Positions 18,045 through 27,890 of a DNA stretch of 40,241 nucleotides are shown here, in pieces. Below the pieces are notes generated by a model that was not told the origin of the DNA, ran no database searches, and saw nothing but the letters and a program-made list of their open reading frames with translations. The DNA is from Chloroflexota bacterium (GTDB taxonomy: Bacteria > Chloroflexota > Dehalococcoidia > SM23-28-2 > RBG-16-64-32): NCBI GenBank assembly GCA_022564695.1, contig JADFKX010000002.1:1-40241 (forward strand), in the 5' to 3' direction. The number at the start of each line of letters is the position of its first letter. Position 1 is the stretch's first letter. A program made the position numbers and the translations under genes.

Positions 18045-18422
18045 TTAGCCGCCGGTGTCCTCCACCGCGCTCTCGATGTGCTCCAGCGAGAGCACGCGCC
18101 CATCGTGGGCCAGCGCCAGCGCGATCACGTCGATACGCTGATCGGCCGGGCAGTTCCCGACTGTCTGCAGGTAAGACTGAGCAGCCGCCAGGATACGCCC
18201 CGCCTTGGCAGCAGTCACCGACTCCGCCGCCGACCCCATAGACTCACCGCGGCGGGTACGCACCTCCACGAACACGAGCGTACCGCCCCGCTCAGCAATT
18301 ATGTCGATTTCGCCCTCGCGAACGCGGAAGTTACGCTCCCGGATGCGATATCCATTCGCCTCCAGGTGTGCGGCGGCGACCCGCTCACCAAAATCGCCCA
18401 GGTCACGGCGGGCGCGGGTCAT
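18045..18422 (-). CDS. yraN: YraN-family (UPF0102) PD-(D/E)XK endonuclease-like protein
   Basis: GERVAAAHLEANGYRIRERNFRVREGEIDIIAERGGTLVFVEVRTRR. Confidence 0.8.
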   Translation of the reverse strand: MTRARRDLGDFGERVAAAHLEANGYRIRERNFRVREGEIDIIAERGGTLVFVEVRTRRGESMGSAAESVTAAKAGRILAAAQSYLQTVGNCPADQRIDVIALALAHDGRVLSLEHIESAVEDTGG

Positions 18423-19363
18423 CAGTACGCCCCCTGCTGTTCGAAGATGCGGCGGGGATTCTCCTCAGTCATGGTGCGTATCTGCTCGTCGCTCACCCCG
18501 GCCTCGCGGAGGGCGGGTATCACCACCTCCGGGATGTAGCTAAAGTGCCAGTTGGGGGCGGCCTGCCGCATCATCTCCTTCTCATACCAATCGAAATAGC
18601 AAGAGGCGTCGTGGGAGATGACCATCTTCTCGGCGTAGCCCAGCTCGCACAGCCGGGCGATGGTGGCGACGCGCTTATCGGTGGGCAGGAGCATGTCCAG
18701 CCCGAAGCGGTCCATGCCGATGTAGCTGCCACGATCGATCAGGCGACGCAGGAAGTCGATGTCCTCGGAGTCGCCGCTGTGGCCGATGATGACCCCGCTC
18801 AGGTCCACCCCCTCCTGCTCGAAGATGTCCTGTTGCTTGATGCCAACCTGGCTGGCGGCATGAGTATGCGTGGAGATGGGGACGCCGGTGGCTCTATGGG
18901 CGCGGGCGGCGGCCCGCAGCATCTTCTCTACCTGTGCATCGATGCCCGCCTCATCCGCGGCGCATTTGATGATCCCCGCTTTGACGCCGGTATCGACGAT
19001 CCCCTCCTGGATGTCGCGGGCGAACAGCTCGGCGGCGTGGTCGGCGGTGCGTCCCTTGAAATACCGGGGGACGTCGTAGTAAATGCCGGTGGCGACGATG
19101 ATCTGGATGCCGGTGCGCCGCACCACCTCCTGGACGAAGGGGATATCGCGGCAGTCACTGGGGGTGAGGTCAACCAGCGTCTTGACGCCGCGGGCCATGG
19201 CGTCCTCCACCTTCCCCACTGCGTTCTCGATCTCCCGCCCACGATCCCACACGGGAAAATTGCTGGTCACCCCCGGCGATTGCACGATGATGTGCTCATG
19301 CATGAGAGTGAAGCCCAGATCGGCGGTGTCCAGGGGGCCGGACACGGAGTTAACTACAGCCAT
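18422..19363 (-). CDS. Phosphotriesterase-family (PHP-like) amidohydrolase-fold metal hydrolase
   Basis: GFTLMHEHI near the N-terminus, later metal-ligand contexts (ISTHTHA, IIGHSGD, VISHDA), 313 aa. Confidence 0.8.
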   Translation of the reverse strand: MAVVNSVSGPLDTADLGFTLMHEHIIVQSPGVTSNFPVWDRGREIENAVGKVEDAMARGVKTLVDLTPSDCRDIPFVQEVVRRTGIQIIVATGIYYDVPRYFKGRTADHAAELFARDIQEGIVDTGVKAGIIKCAADEAGIDAQVEKMLRAAARAHRATGVPISTHTHAASQVGIKQQDIFEQEGVDLSGVIIGHSGDSEDIDFLRRLIDRGSYIGMDRFGLDMLLPTDKRVATIARLCELGYAEKMVISHDASCYFDWYEKEMMRQAAPNWHFSYIPEVVIPALREAGVSDEQIRTMTEENPRRIFEQQGAY

Positions 19364-19398
19364 GCGCGATCCTCCTAGAAGAAGCTCGTCGGCAGCGA

Positions 19399-20100
19399 TT
19401 ATACAGGGTCGTGGACGGCCACCATCTCCCTCACCGGGTTGAAGGAGCGGCGATGGAGGTCACAGGGGCCCAGCCGGCGCAACGCCTCCAGGTGCTGGCG
19501 CGTGGCGTACCCCTTGTTTCGGGCGAAGCCGTAGCCGGAGAACTTGTGGTCGTGGCTCTCCATGTAGCGATCGCGGGCGACCTTGGCGACGATAGAGGCG
19601 GAAGCTATGGAGATGCAGCGGGCGTCACCATTGATTATGCCCTTCTGAGGCAGCGAGCAAGCCCGCAGGGATAGAGCGTCGATGAGCAGATACTGGGGTC
19701 GCCGGCGCAGCTCACCGATGGCCCGCATCATCGCCTGCCGTGTCGCCTCTGCGATGCCGATACGGTCGATCGATGTATGGGAGACGAACCCCACTGCCAC
19801 CGCAAGGGCGTCTCGCCAAATGTAGGTGGCCAGCTCCTCACGCTCTGGCGGGCTCAGCTCCTTACTGTCGCGGACATGGAACAGCCAGCGAAAGTCGGCC
19901 CTGGGGGAGAGGATTACCGCGGCGGCCACCACCGGCCCGGCGAGAGGGCCGCGACCGACCTCATCCACCCCGGCCACCAGGCCAAGGCCCTGATGCCACT
20001 GGAGCCGCTCCTCTGCGAGATTAGGGGCCAATCGCATAACGTCGCCCCATACTATCTGCGACCGCGATTGTTTGTCAAGAAGCGTAAGCGGTTTAGCCAT
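19399..20100 (-). CDS. rnhB: Ribonuclease HII
   Basis: VAGVDEVGRGPLAGPVVAAAVIL, IDALSL, GDARCISIASASIVAKVARD and YGFARNKGYATRQHLEAL. I trimmed the start to ATG 20100, because the track ORF extension overlaps the divergent tautomerase gene. Confidence 0.9.
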   Translation of the reverse strand: MAKPLTLLDKQSRSQIVWGDVMRLAPNLAEERLQWHQGLGLVAGVDEVGRGPLAGPVVAAAVILSPRADFRWLFHVRDSKELSPPEREELATYIWRDALAVAVGFVSHTSIDRIGIAEATRQAMMRAIGELRRRPQYLLIDALSLRACSLPQKGIINGDARCISIASASIVAKVARDRYMESHDHKFSGYGFARNKGYATRQHLEALRRLGPCDLHRRSFNPVREMVAVHDPV

Positions 20101-20179
20101 TATCCTTCGCCGCCGCTTGACAACGAGTAGACGGCAAACTAAGTTGGGGACATCATCGTATTCTGCTACGGAGGGAGCT

Positions 20180-20371
20180 ATGCCCGTCGTTCGAGTGGAG
20201 ATGTGGACTGGACGCACACACGCCCAAAAGCAGGAGCTTGCGAGGGTGATAACAGAGGCGATGGTCAACATCGCCCACACCACGCCCGAGGCAACGATCG
20301 TGATATTTGAGGACATCCCGAAGGAGAACTGGGCCCAATCCGGCACCCTCGCCTCGGATATGGAAACCTAG
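20180..20371 (+). CDS. 4-oxalocrotonate tautomerase family protein
   Basis: 63 aa starting MPVVRVEMW (catalytic Pro1 context). GGAGGGA lies upstream of ATG 20180. Confidence 0.75.
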   Translation: MPVVRVEMWTGRTHAQKQELARVITEAMVNIAHTTPEATIVIFEDIPKENWAQSGTLASDMET

Positions 20372-20424
20372 CACCCGTAACGCCCGAGGCTAGCAGCCGT
20401 CATATTGAATGTGAAGCCTAAATG

Positions 20425-20491
20425 TTGGAGATACGATAGTCTGCTATAATTGAGACGGTGCGACAGGGTAGGCCTTACTGAGGCCTGCCCT
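20425..20491 (+). promoter_or_regulatory. Putative ftsH promoter and leader: a TATAAT box (20445-20450) with a weak -35, followed by an imperfect 11-bp hairpin (20465-20491)
   Basis: AT-richer intergenic DNA. TATAAT was read directly. TTGGAG lies 14 nt upstream, which is suboptimal spacing. AGGGTAGGCCT-tactg-AGGCCTGCCCT forms a stem with one mismatch. Confidence 0.3.
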
Positions 20492-20518
20492 ACTACATCT
20501 AAGGTGGTTTTATAGATC

Positions 20519-22495
20519 ATGGGCGGCCGCTGGCTACGCAACAGCTTTATATACCTGCTGATCCTGGTGGCGATAGTCGCCATTGTTTTCACCCTGTTTG
20601 GCCAGGGTGGCTCCAGCACCATCGACCAGCCGCTCACCGAATTCATCGCGCAGGCCAGGGAGGGGAACGTCGAGAGCGTAGAGGTGAACGGCGAGGAGCT
20701 GAAGTATAAGCTCATCGATACGCCGGACCAGACCTTCAAGTCCAAGATGGAACGGGGCGATACCGTCCGCCAGGTGCTAAGAGATGAAGAGATACCGACA
20801 GATAAATTCCCCGCCATCAAGATCACATCGCCCAGCTTCTGGAGCAGACTCCCCGGCATACTGCTTACGTTCCTGCCCATAATCTTCATCGTCGCCATCC
20901 TGTTCTACTTCCTGCGCCAGGCGCAGGGCGGTAACAACCAAGCGATGAGCTTCGGCAAGAGCAAGGCCCGCATGTTCACCGGCAACCGTCCCAGCGTGAC
21001 GTTCCTGGACGTGGCCGGGGTGGATGAGGCGAAGGAAGAGCTGGGAGAGGTGGTAGAGTTCCTTAAGTACCCGGAGAAGTTCGCCGCCCTGGGCGCCCGT
21101 ATCCCCAAGGGTGTCCTGCTGGTCGGCCCGCCCGGGACCGGCAAGACGCTGCTGGCCAAAGCCGTGGCCGGCGAGGCGGGCGTCCCGTTCTTCAACATCA
21201 GCGGCTCGGAGTTCGTGGAGATGTTCGTGGGCGTTGGCGCCTCCCGTGTGCGTGACCTGTTTGAGCAGGCGAAGCGCAACTCGCCCTGCATCGTGTTCAT
21301 CGACGAGATCGATGCCGTAGGACGGCATCGCGGCGCCGGCCTCGGCGGCAGCCACGACGAGCGGGAGCAGACGCTGAACCAGATCCTAGTGGAGATGGAC
21401 GGTTTCGAGACCAATACCAACGTGATAATCGTGGCCGCTACCAACCGGCCGGACATCCTGGACCCGGCGCTGCTGCGCCCCGGCCGCTTCGACCGTCAGG
21501 TAATGCTGGACAAGCCGGACATCAAGGGCCGGATAGCAATCCTTGATGTCCACGCCAAGGGCAAGCCCCTGGACAGCGGCATCAGCCTGGAGGTCATCGC
21601 CAAGCAGACTCCCGGCTTCTCCGGCGCCGACCTGGCCAACCTGGTGAACGAGAGCTGCATCCTGGCCGCACGGCGCGGCAAGAAGAAAGTGACGATGTCG
21701 GAGTTCGACGAGGCGGTAGACCGCGTCATCGCCGGCCCGGAGCGGAAGAGTCGCGTTATCAGCGAGCGAGAACGGGAGATCATCGCTTACCACGAGGCCG
21801 GACACGCCCTGGTAGGTTACCTGCTTCCGAACGCGGACCCGCCCTACAAGGTAAGCATCGTCTCCCGCGGCATGGCCGGCGGCTTCACCCGCTTCTTGCC
21901 GGAGGAAGACCGCCACCTGTACACAAAGACCCAGTTCAAGGACATGCTGGCGGCTCTCCTCGGCGGTATGGCGTCCGAGGAGCTAACATTCAACGAGGCG
22001 ACCACGGGTCCCCAGGACGACCTGCAGAAAGTCACCACCCTGGCGCGCCAGATGGTCACCCAGTGGGGGATGAGCGAACACCTGGGCCCGCGCACGTTCG
22101 GCCGCAAGGAGGAGATGGTCTTCCTGGGCCGCGAGATCTCCGAGACGCGCAACTACAGCGAGAAAGTGGCGGAGGAGATCGACGAAGAGGTACGCCACAT
22201 CGTTGACGAGGCGTACAAATCCGCGACCTATCAACTCACCAAACACCGCGACAAGCTGGAGCAGCTCGTAAAGGCCCTGCGGGAGGAAGAGACGATAGAG
22301 GGCGAGACCCTTCAAGCCATCCTCGAGGCTAAACCCGGCAAGGAGCCCAAGAAGCTGATCAAGGCTGAGAAGAAGCCGAAGACGGACGAGGCCGCGGACG
22401 GCAGCACAGATGAGACATCGGCGAAGAAGACCCCAAAGACTGATCCGGGCCTGGCCTGGGAGGCGCCCTCTCAGATCGAACCGGATCTGCACTAG
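20519..22495 (+). CDS. ftsH: ATP-dependent zinc metalloprotease FtsH
   Basis: Two N-terminal TM segments, AAA+ Walker [19 protein letters not shown], Walker [13 protein letters not shown] region, and zinc motif HEAGHA. Confidence 0.98.
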   Translation: MGGRWLRNSFIYLLILVAIVAIVFTLFGQGGSSTIDQPLTEFIAQAREGNVESVEVNGEELKYKLIDTPDQTFKSKMERGDTVRQVLRDEEIPTDKFPAIKITSPSFWSRLPGILLTFLPIIFIVAILFYFLRQAQGGNNQAMSFGKSKARMFTGNRPSVTFLDVAGVDEAKEELGEVVEFLKYPEKFAALGARIPKGVLLVGPPGTGKTLLAKAVAGEAGVPFFNISGSEFVEMFVGVGASRVRDLFEQAKRNSPCIVFIDEIDAVGRHRGAGLGGSHDEREQTLNQILVEMDGFETNTNVIIVAATNRPDILDPALLRPGRFDRQVMLDKPDIKGRIAILDVHAKGKPLDSGISLEVIAKQTPGFSGADLANLVNESCILAARRGKKKVTMSEFDEAVDRVIAGPERKSRVISEREREIIAYHEAGHALVGYLLPNADPPYKVSIVSRGMAGGFTRFLPEEDRHLYTKTQFKDMLAALLGGMASEELTFNEATTGPQDDLQKVTTLARQMVTQWGMSEHLGPRTFGRKEEMVFLGREISETRNYSEKVAEEIDEEVRHIVDEAYKSATYQLTKHRDKLEQLVKALREEETIEGETLQAILEAKPGKEPKKLIKAEKKPKTDEAADGSTDETSAKKTPKTDPGLAWEAPSQIEPDLH

Positions 22496-22554
22496 CCTCG
22501 GCTTCCCGCGTATCCTCCCAGGGCTATTGGTGAGCCTTTCGCTGTGCCAGAAGA

Positions 22555-22583
22555 TGGACACTACATCGGCATGCGGTTAGAAT
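22555..22583 (+). promoter_or_regulatory. Sigma-70-like promoter for rplU-rpmA-rpmE: -35 TGGACA, 17-nt spacer, -10 TAGAAT
   Basis: Hexamers and spacing read directly. The promoter lies about 30 nt upstream of the AAGGAGG Shine-Dalgarno at 22612-22618. Confidence 0.4.
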
Positions 22584-22626
22584 CGAACATTGGGCGTCAA
22601 CAAGAAGCCCTAAGGAGGAACTGGAA

Positions 22627-23178
22627 ATCTACGCCATAGTCCGCACTGGCGGCAAACAGTACAGAGTTGAGCCTGAGCAGCTCATCGACGTGGATAGCCT
22701 GCCGGCCGAGGTCGGCTCTACAGTTGAGATTACAGACGTTCTGCTCATTGCCAGCAACGGCGACGTTAAAGTCGGCCGTCCGGTTCTGGAGGGAGCGCGT
22801 GTGATAGCAGAGGTGGTGGAGCAAGGCCGCGGTCCAAAGATAATCGTCTTCAAGTACAAGTCGAAGACTCGCTACCGCCGTCGCCGGGGCCACCGCCAGG
22901 GCTACACCCGGCTGGTGGTGCGCCAGATACTGACGGCGGAAGGGACATCGGAGGCAGAGGAGAAGCCCAAACGACGACGCCCATCCAAAGCGAAGGCGGA
23001 GAAGAAGCCGACCCGCCGAACACGATCCAGCAAGCCGAAAGCGGAGGCTGAGGCCACGCCCGCAAATGCGCAGGAGGCGGAGACGAAGCCCGCGCCGCGA
23101 GCACGTGCCCGCAAGCCAACCGCAAAGAGCGAAACAAAGAAGCCGAAAAGGGCAGGCACGAAGACGGAGAGTGGTTAG
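22627..23178 (+). CDS. rplU: 50S ribosomal protein L21 with a non-canonical start (ATC 22627 or CTG 22621) and a Lys/Ala/Glu/Pro-rich C-terminal extension
   Basis: The conserved L21 N-terminus [17 protein letters not shown] is encoded in frame upstream of the first canonical start (GTG 22690) reported by the ORF track. AAGGAGG ends 8 nt before ATC 22627. Confidence 0.85.
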   Translation: MYAIVRTGGKQYRVEPEQLIDVDSLPAEVGSTVEITDVLLIASNGDVKVGRPVLEGARVIAEVVEQGRGPKIIVFKYKSKTRYRRRRGHRQGYTRLVVRQILTAEGTSEAEEKPKRRRPSKAKAEKKPTRRTRSSKPKAEAEATPANAQEAETKPAPRARARKPTAKSETKKPKRAGTKTESG

Positions 23179-23180
23179 CG

Positions 23181-23456
23181 ATGGCACATAAGAAGAGCGG
23201 CGGTAGCGCCAAAAACGGGCGCGACAGCCAATCCAAGCGGCTGGGCGTCAAGCGCTACGATGGTCAACTGGTGCTTCCGGGCACCATCATCGTGCGCCAG
23301 CGGGGCACCCGCATTCACCCCGGCGTGAACGTGGGGATGGGCCGCGACTTCACAATCTTCGCCAAAGTGCCCGGCCGCGTGAAGTTCCAGCCCTTCCGCA
23401 AGGGCGGCAAGAAGAAGGTTAGCGTGCTAGAGGTGAGCGAAGGGGCCACGGCATGA
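23181..23456 (+). CDS. rpmA: 50S ribosomal protein L27
   Basis: [29 protein letters not shown]...[13 protein letters not shown]. Confidence 0.97.
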   Translation: MAHKKSGGSAKNGRDSQSKRLGVKRYDGQLVLPGTIIVRQRGTRIHPGVNVGMGRDFTIFAKVPGRVKFQPFRKGGKKKVSVLEVSEGATA

Positions 23457-23653
23457 AGGCGAAAATCCACCCAGACTACGTGGACGCGGTGTTCACCTGC
23501 GCCTGCGGCAACACCTGGGAGACACGAGCCACTAAGCCCGAGGTACATATTGAGGTGTGCAGTCAGTGTCACCCGTTCTTCACCGGCGAGCAGCGCCTTG
23601 TGGATACGGCCGGCAGAGTAGAGCGGTTCAAGAGGCGCTACGGGCTGAAGTAG
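23453..23653 (+). CDS. rpmE: 50S ribosomal protein L31 (Zn-binding type A)
   Basis: MKAKIHPDY...CACG...[10 protein letters not shown]...RFKRRYG. The ATGA overlap with the rpmA stop suggests translational coupling. Confidence 0.95.
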   Translation: MKAKIHPDYVDAVFTCACGNTWETRATKPEVHIEVCSQCHPFFTGEQRLVDTAGRVERFKRRYGLK

Positions 23654-23677
23654 CCCGTTGGAGATTCGATCAGTTAT

Positions 23678-23702
23678 CGGGCCGGGAGACGCTCTCGGCC
23701 CG
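23678..23702 (+). terminator. GC-rich hairpin after rpmE (CGGGCCGGGAG-acg-CTCTCGGCCCG, one mismatch) followed by AATTT
   Basis: Read directly. It sits 25 nt after the rpmE stop and has only a weak T-tract. Confidence 0.4.
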
Positions 23703-23725
23703 AATTTCGTATAAACAGTAGCGAG

Positions 23726-24649
23726 ATGTCAAAGCAAACCCTGTACTACGGTGGCCAGGCGGTAATCGAAGGGGTGATGATCCGCGGCCCGCACAGCGTG
23801 GTCGTGGCCTGCCGTCGCCCCGATGGCGAGATCACCGTTCGCCGCGAGACGTTAAGTGGCGTTTACACCGGCCTTATCAGGCACATCCCCTTCCTGCGAG
23901 GCGTCATCGTGCTGTGGGAGACGCTGACCCTGGGGATGCGTTCGCTCATCTTCTCCTCTAACGTGGCCCTGGGCGAGGAGGAGAACGAGATCAGCCCCAT
24001 AGCGGTCATAGGAATGGGGCTGGCTGCTCTAGCTGTGGTGGCGGCGATCTTCTTCGCCGGACCGGTGCTCCTTACAAGCTGGCTTGAGGGCAGGATCGAT
24101 AGCTCCGTAGTCGTGGTCGTCATAGAAGGACTGATCCGGCTGGCTATTCTGGTGGCCTACATCGGCCTCATTGGCCTGGTGCCCGACATCCGACGCGTTT
24201 ACGCCTACCACGGCGCGGAGCACAAGTCCATCCACGCCCTGGAAGCGGGCGACCCGTTGGAGCCAGCCGCTGTCCAGCGCCATCCCACAGCGCACGTGCG
24301 CTGCGGTACGAGCTTTCTTCTCACGATAGTCGTGGTATCGATAGTGATGTTTGCGGCCCTCGGTTCGCAGGAGCTGTGGATGCGCGTGGCTTCGCGGGTG
24401 GTGCTGATCCCCGTCATCGCCGCCATCGCCTACGAGGTGATCCGCCTCGGCGGACGGTTCTACGGCAACCCCGTGGCACGCGTGCTGATGTGGCCGAACC
24501 TGGCGCTCCAAAAGCTCACCACCCGCCAGCCGGACGACTCGCAGGTAGAGGTGGCGCTGCGAGCGTTACGCGAGGTGATGGCGCAGGAGGGCGTGCAGCC
24601 GGCTGAGGCCGTGGACAGCACCTCTACCATCCAGCCTCAGGAGGGCTAA
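23726..24649 (+). CDS. DUF1385 domain-containing membrane protein
   Basis: YGGQAVIEGVMIRG near the N-terminus, YHGAEHK, and several TM helices. This family is commonly found next to rpmE. Confidence 0.8.
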   Translation: MSKQTLYYGGQAVIEGVMIRGPHSVVVACRRPDGEITVRRETLSGVYTGLIRHIPFLRGVIVLWETLTLGMRSLIFSSNVALGEEENEISPIAVIGMGLAALAVVAAIFFAGPVLLTSWLEGRIDSSVVVVVIEGLIRLAILVAYIGLIGLVPDIRRVYAYHGAEHKSIHALEAGDPLEPAAVQRHPTAHVRCGTSFLLTIVVVSIVMFAALGSQELWMRVASRVVLIPVIAAIAYEVIRLGGRFYGNPVARVLMWPNLALQKLTTRQPDDSQVEVALRALREVMAQEGVQPAEAVDSTSTIQPQEG

Positions 24650-24665
24650 CCCTCCGCGATATCCG

Positions 24666-24986
24666 TTAAGCGTCGGCGGCCTCCAGCTCGCGGTAGAAGC
24701 AGGAGCGCTCGCCGGTGTGGCAGGCCGGCCCCGCCGGGTCCACCTTCAGCAGCAGCACGTCCTCGTCGCAGTCCCTGCGTATCTCGCGCACCGCCATCGT
24801 GTTGCCGGAGGTGGCGCCCTTGTGCCACAGCTCCCGCCGGCTGCGGCTCCAGAACCAGGCATCGCCTGACTCCCGCGTACGCTTCAGCGACTCCGCGTTC
24901 ATCCAGGCGAACATCAGCACCTCGCCGGTACTGTTGTCCTGGACGATGGCGGGTATAAGGCCACGGTCATCGAACTTCAGGGGCAT
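24666..24986 (-). CDS. hisI: Phosphoribosyl-AMP cyclohydrolase
   Basis: GLIPAIVQD...[13 protein letters not shown]...[19 protein letters not shown]...[27 protein letters not shown] trimmed the start to ATG 24986, 16 nt after the hisF stop. Confidence 0.9.
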   Translation of the reverse strand: MPLKFDDRGLIPAIVQDNSTGEVLMFAWMNAESLKRTRESGDAWFWSRSRRELWHKGATSGNTMAVREIRRDCDEDVLLLKVDPAGPACHTGERSCFYRELEAADA

Positions 24987-25002
24987 CGGATCGTCCTTTC
25001 GG

Positions 25003-25770
25003 CTAGAGACGTACCGGCACCCCTCGCTCCGCCAGGTACTCCTTGACCTCGCGGATGCGGTAGGTGCCAAAGTGGAAGATGGAGGCGGCGAGCACGGCGT
25101 CCGCCTTCCCTTCAGCGATAGCGTCGTACAGGTGCTCCGGCTTGCCCGCGCCGCCGGAGGCGATGACCGGCACCGGCACGGATTCGGACACGGCGCGGGT
25201 AAGCTCGTTGTCGTAGCCTTCCTGCGTGCCGTCGGCGTCCATGCCGGTTAACAGTAGCTCGCCGGCGCCCAGCTCGGCACAGCGAACGGCCCACTTCACA
25301 ACGTCCAGCTCCACGGGCGTACCGCCACCGATGCCGCCGTAGGTGTGCACCTGCCATCGGCCCTTGCCCGTCCTCTTAGCGTCGATGGCGACGACGATAC
25401 ACTGGGCGCCGAACTTGGCCGACGCCTCAGAGACGAACTCCGGGTTCTCCACGGCCGCGGTGTTGATCGCCACCTTGTCGGCGCCGGACTCCAGCATCAG
25501 CCGAACGTCCTCAGTGGTGCGAATGCCACCGCCGACGGTGAAGGGGATGAACACCTGATCCGCGATGCGTCGCACCATCTCCAGGGAGGTGTCTCGTCCC
25601 TCCGGCGATGCTTTTATGTCGAGGAATACGAGCTCGTCTGCGCCTTCCTCGTCGTAGCTGGCGGCCAGCTCCACCGGGTCGCCGGCGTCGCGCAGGTTGA
25701 GGAAGCGAACGCCCTTCACCACGCGGCCTTCGGCCACATCGAAGCAGGGTATGATTCGCTTGGTAAGCAT
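25003..25770 (-). CDS. hisF: Imidazole glycerol phosphate synthase cyclase subunit
   Basis: [20 protein letters not shown]...DAGDPVE...Y...[10 protein letters not shown]...FTVGGGIR, 255 aa. Confidence 0.97.
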   Translation of the reverse strand: MLTKRIIPCFDVAEGRVVKGVRFLNLRDAGDPVELAASYDEEGADELVFLDIKASPEGRDTSLEMVRRIADQVFIPFTVGGGIRTTEDVRLMLESGADKVAINTAAVENPEFVSEASAKFGAQCIVVAIDAKRTGKGRWQVHTYGGIGGGTPVELDVVKWAVRCAELGAGELLLTGMDADGTQEGYDNELTRAVSESVPVPVIASGGAGKPEHLYDAIAEGKADAVLAASIFHFGTYRIREVKEYLAERGVPVRL

Positions 25771-25806
25771 AGCTAGGCCATCGTATCAGGGGCGGTCACC
25801 GTGCCG

Positions 25807-26541
25807 CTAGCCGAGCGCCGAGGCGATCACGCCGATGCTGGCGACCATCAGCACTCCCAGGACGATGGTGCGAAAGCTCTCCGGATTCAGGCGCCTTCGC
25901 AGCCAGCTACCTGCGTACGTCCCCAACACAAGCGCGGGCACGGCCGCCGCGACTACCAGAAGAACATCGCCAGTGATCCGCCCCGCGATGGCGAAAGCGG
26001 CCACCGTGAGGATCCCCGCGGGGAAGAAGTACGCCAGGATAGTCCCCCGGAAGCGTTCGATGCTCGGATCGAGGCCGAGGAGGTACAGAACTACCGGCGG
26101 GCCGTTCATGCTGGTGCTGGGCCCAAGGGCGCCGCTCACCACGCCCGCCGCCACCCCCAGAGGGCCGGCGTTGCGGGTGATCCGGAGTGTTGGAGAGACG
26201 TACGTTACGATGCTCGCGACGATGACGGTGGCCGCCACGAACAACTTCAACGAGTCGCTGTCCAGGCGTTCAAACAACAAGAGGCCCAGCGGCATCCCCA
26301 GGACGAACCCCCCAAGCATGATCAGCACCCTCTTCGGCACTACGTGAGTGCGAACCTCATAAAGGTTGGGAACGACAGTCAGGAGACTGAGGACAAGGCT
26401 GGTCGCCACAGCCGCCTTCACGTCCCAGGTCAGGGTGAGAAGCGGCGTCATGGTGAGCGCGAAGCCGAAGCCCGTCGTCGACATGCAGAGCGCCGCCAGA
26501 AATGCGATGACGACGGCGGCGGCAATGATCTCCGCCGACAA
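25807..26541 (-). CDS. TauE/SafE-family anion exporter-like membrane protein
   Basis: 244 aa with about 7-8 TM segments and Gly-rich helices (TTGFGFALTMTPLL, VVSGALGPSTSMNGPPVVLYLL). Confidence 0.6.
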   Translation of the reverse strand: MSAEIIAAAVVIAFLAALCMSTTGFGFALTMTPLLTLTWDVKAAVATSLVLSLLTVVPNLYEVRTHVVPKRVLIMLGGFVLGMPLGLLLFERLDSDSLKLFVAATVIVASIVTYVSPTLRITRNAGPLGVAAGVVSGALGPSTSMNGPPVVLYLLGLDPSIERFRGTILAYFFPAGILTVAAFAIAGRITGDVLLVVAAAVPALVLGTYAGSWLRRRLNPESFRTIVLGVLMVASIGVIASALG

Positions 26542-26544
26542 CCG

Positions 26545-27825
26545 CTAGAAGACCGTATCGCCGCGTAGCATCTGGCGGGCGATGGTGCGGCGCTGGATCT
26601 CGCCGGTGCCGTCGGGGATGCGCAGGGTGCGACAGATGCGGAACCCCTCCTCCAGCGACAGCTCGGATGAGAGGCCCATGCCTCCGTGGACCTGGATCGC
26701 CTTGTCGAAGACCTCCTGAGCCTTCTCAACGGCGTAGGCCTTGGCGATTGAGATCTCCTTGACGGGCATCCGCCCCGTCTTGGGGAAGCTCTCCACCAAC
26801 GCCGCGGTCTGGAGCACCATGTACTTCATCGTGAAGATATCGATCGCCATATCCGCCAGCATGAACTGGACCGCCTGATGTTCCGCGATAGGCTTGCCGA
26901 ACGTCTTGCGCTGCTTAGCGTACTCCAGAGAGGCGTCCAGGGCGTACTCGCACATCCCGATCATGTTGGATGCGATGGCGATGCGCCCTTCGGAGATGCC
27001 GAACATGGCGACTTCAAAGCCGTGATCCTCCTGACCCACAAGGCGATCCGCGGGGACGCGAACGTCCTCGAACGTCATGCTGCCGCAGTCGCCGCCCTGG
27101 TGGCCCATCACCGGCAGCACACCATCGAAGGTGTAGCCCGGAGCGCTGGTCTCGACGAAGAAGGCGGAGATGCCGCCCTTGTGCTGCGCCACCAGCTCCT
27201 CGTTGGTGATAGCGAAGATAATCGCGTAATCAGAGTAGGGTGCGTTGGTGATCCACTGCTTAGAGCCGTTTATTATCCAGTCGTCGCCGTCGCGGCGGGC
27301 GCGGGTCTTGATGCCCCACACGTCGGAGCCGGCCTCGGACTCGCTGAGGCCGAAGCAGACCATCTTCTCGCCCTTGGCGATCGAGGGGATGAACTCCTCG
27401 CGTACGGAGGGGCTGACGCCCATCAGCATGTGTGAGGGGCCGTCCACGAACGACGCTAGGACGGGCTGGCTGAGGCACCCCTTAGCCCAGGTGATCAGGG
27501 GCCGGCCGGGGCCGTAGCGCCGATACAGCGCCTCCTCCAGAAACACCATCACACGGATGCCGACGCCGCCACCACCCAGCGATTCCGGGGCGAACATTCC
27601 GTAATAGCCGGCCTCAGCCGACTTCATCCGCACCTGCTTTCGGGCGTCCAGTATCTCGTCGCAGATGCGCCCGTCCTCGCGGAAGAACTTGCGTTCATCG
27701 GTGAGGGTCGCCTTGTGCTCAGCCTCCAGCGGGAGCGCCACCGCGTCCACAAGCTGGTGCAGGCCGGTGATCGACCCCTTTACGATGTCGCGGATGTCCT
27801 CCGGTATACCTACGTCGTCCGCCAT
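26545..27825 (-). CDS. Acyl-CoA dehydrogenase family protein
   Basis: FGLSESEAGSDV, WITNA, GFEVAMFGISEGRIAIAS, QRKTFGKPIAEHQAVQFMLADM, QVHGGMG and IPDGTGEIQR. Confidence 0.9.
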   Translation of the reverse strand: MADDVGIPEDIRDIVKGSITGLHQLVDAVALPLEAEHKATLTDERKFFREDGRICDEILDARKQVRMKSAEAGYYGMFAPESLGGGGVGIRVMVFLEEALYRRYGPGRPLITWAKGCLSQPVLASFVDGPSHMLMGVSPSVREEFIPSIAKGEKMVCFGLSESEAGSDVWGIKTRARRDGDDWIINGSKQWITNAPYSDYAIIFAITNEELVAQHKGGISAFFVETSAPGYTFDGVLPVMGHQGGDCGSMTFEDVRVPADRLVGQEDHGFEVAMFGISEGRIAIASNMIGMCEYALDASLEYAKQRKTFGKPIAEHQAVQFMLADMAIDIFTMKYMVLQTAALVESFPKTGRMPVKEISIAKAYAVEKAQEVFDKAIQVHGGMGLSSELSLEEGFRICRTLRIPDGTGEIQRRTIARQMLRGDTVF

Positions 27826-27890
27826 ACTGATCCTCCTATCTGGCCCACGCGGGCAAGCGTAGTATAACGCAGCCGCTGGTTAAGCGCTCG

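Noticed and set aside
20101-20346. 82-aa N-terminal extension of the RNase HII ORF.
   Set aside because: It overlaps the divergent tautomerase gene and its RBS. ATG 20100 gives a normal-length RNase HII.
22597-23251. 196-aa and 133-aa minus-strand ORFs opposite rplU and the start of rpmA.
   Set aside because: They are antisense to ribosomal protein genes, and their Arg/Leu/Cys-rich low-complexity translations mirror the Lys/Ala/Glu-rich L21 tail.
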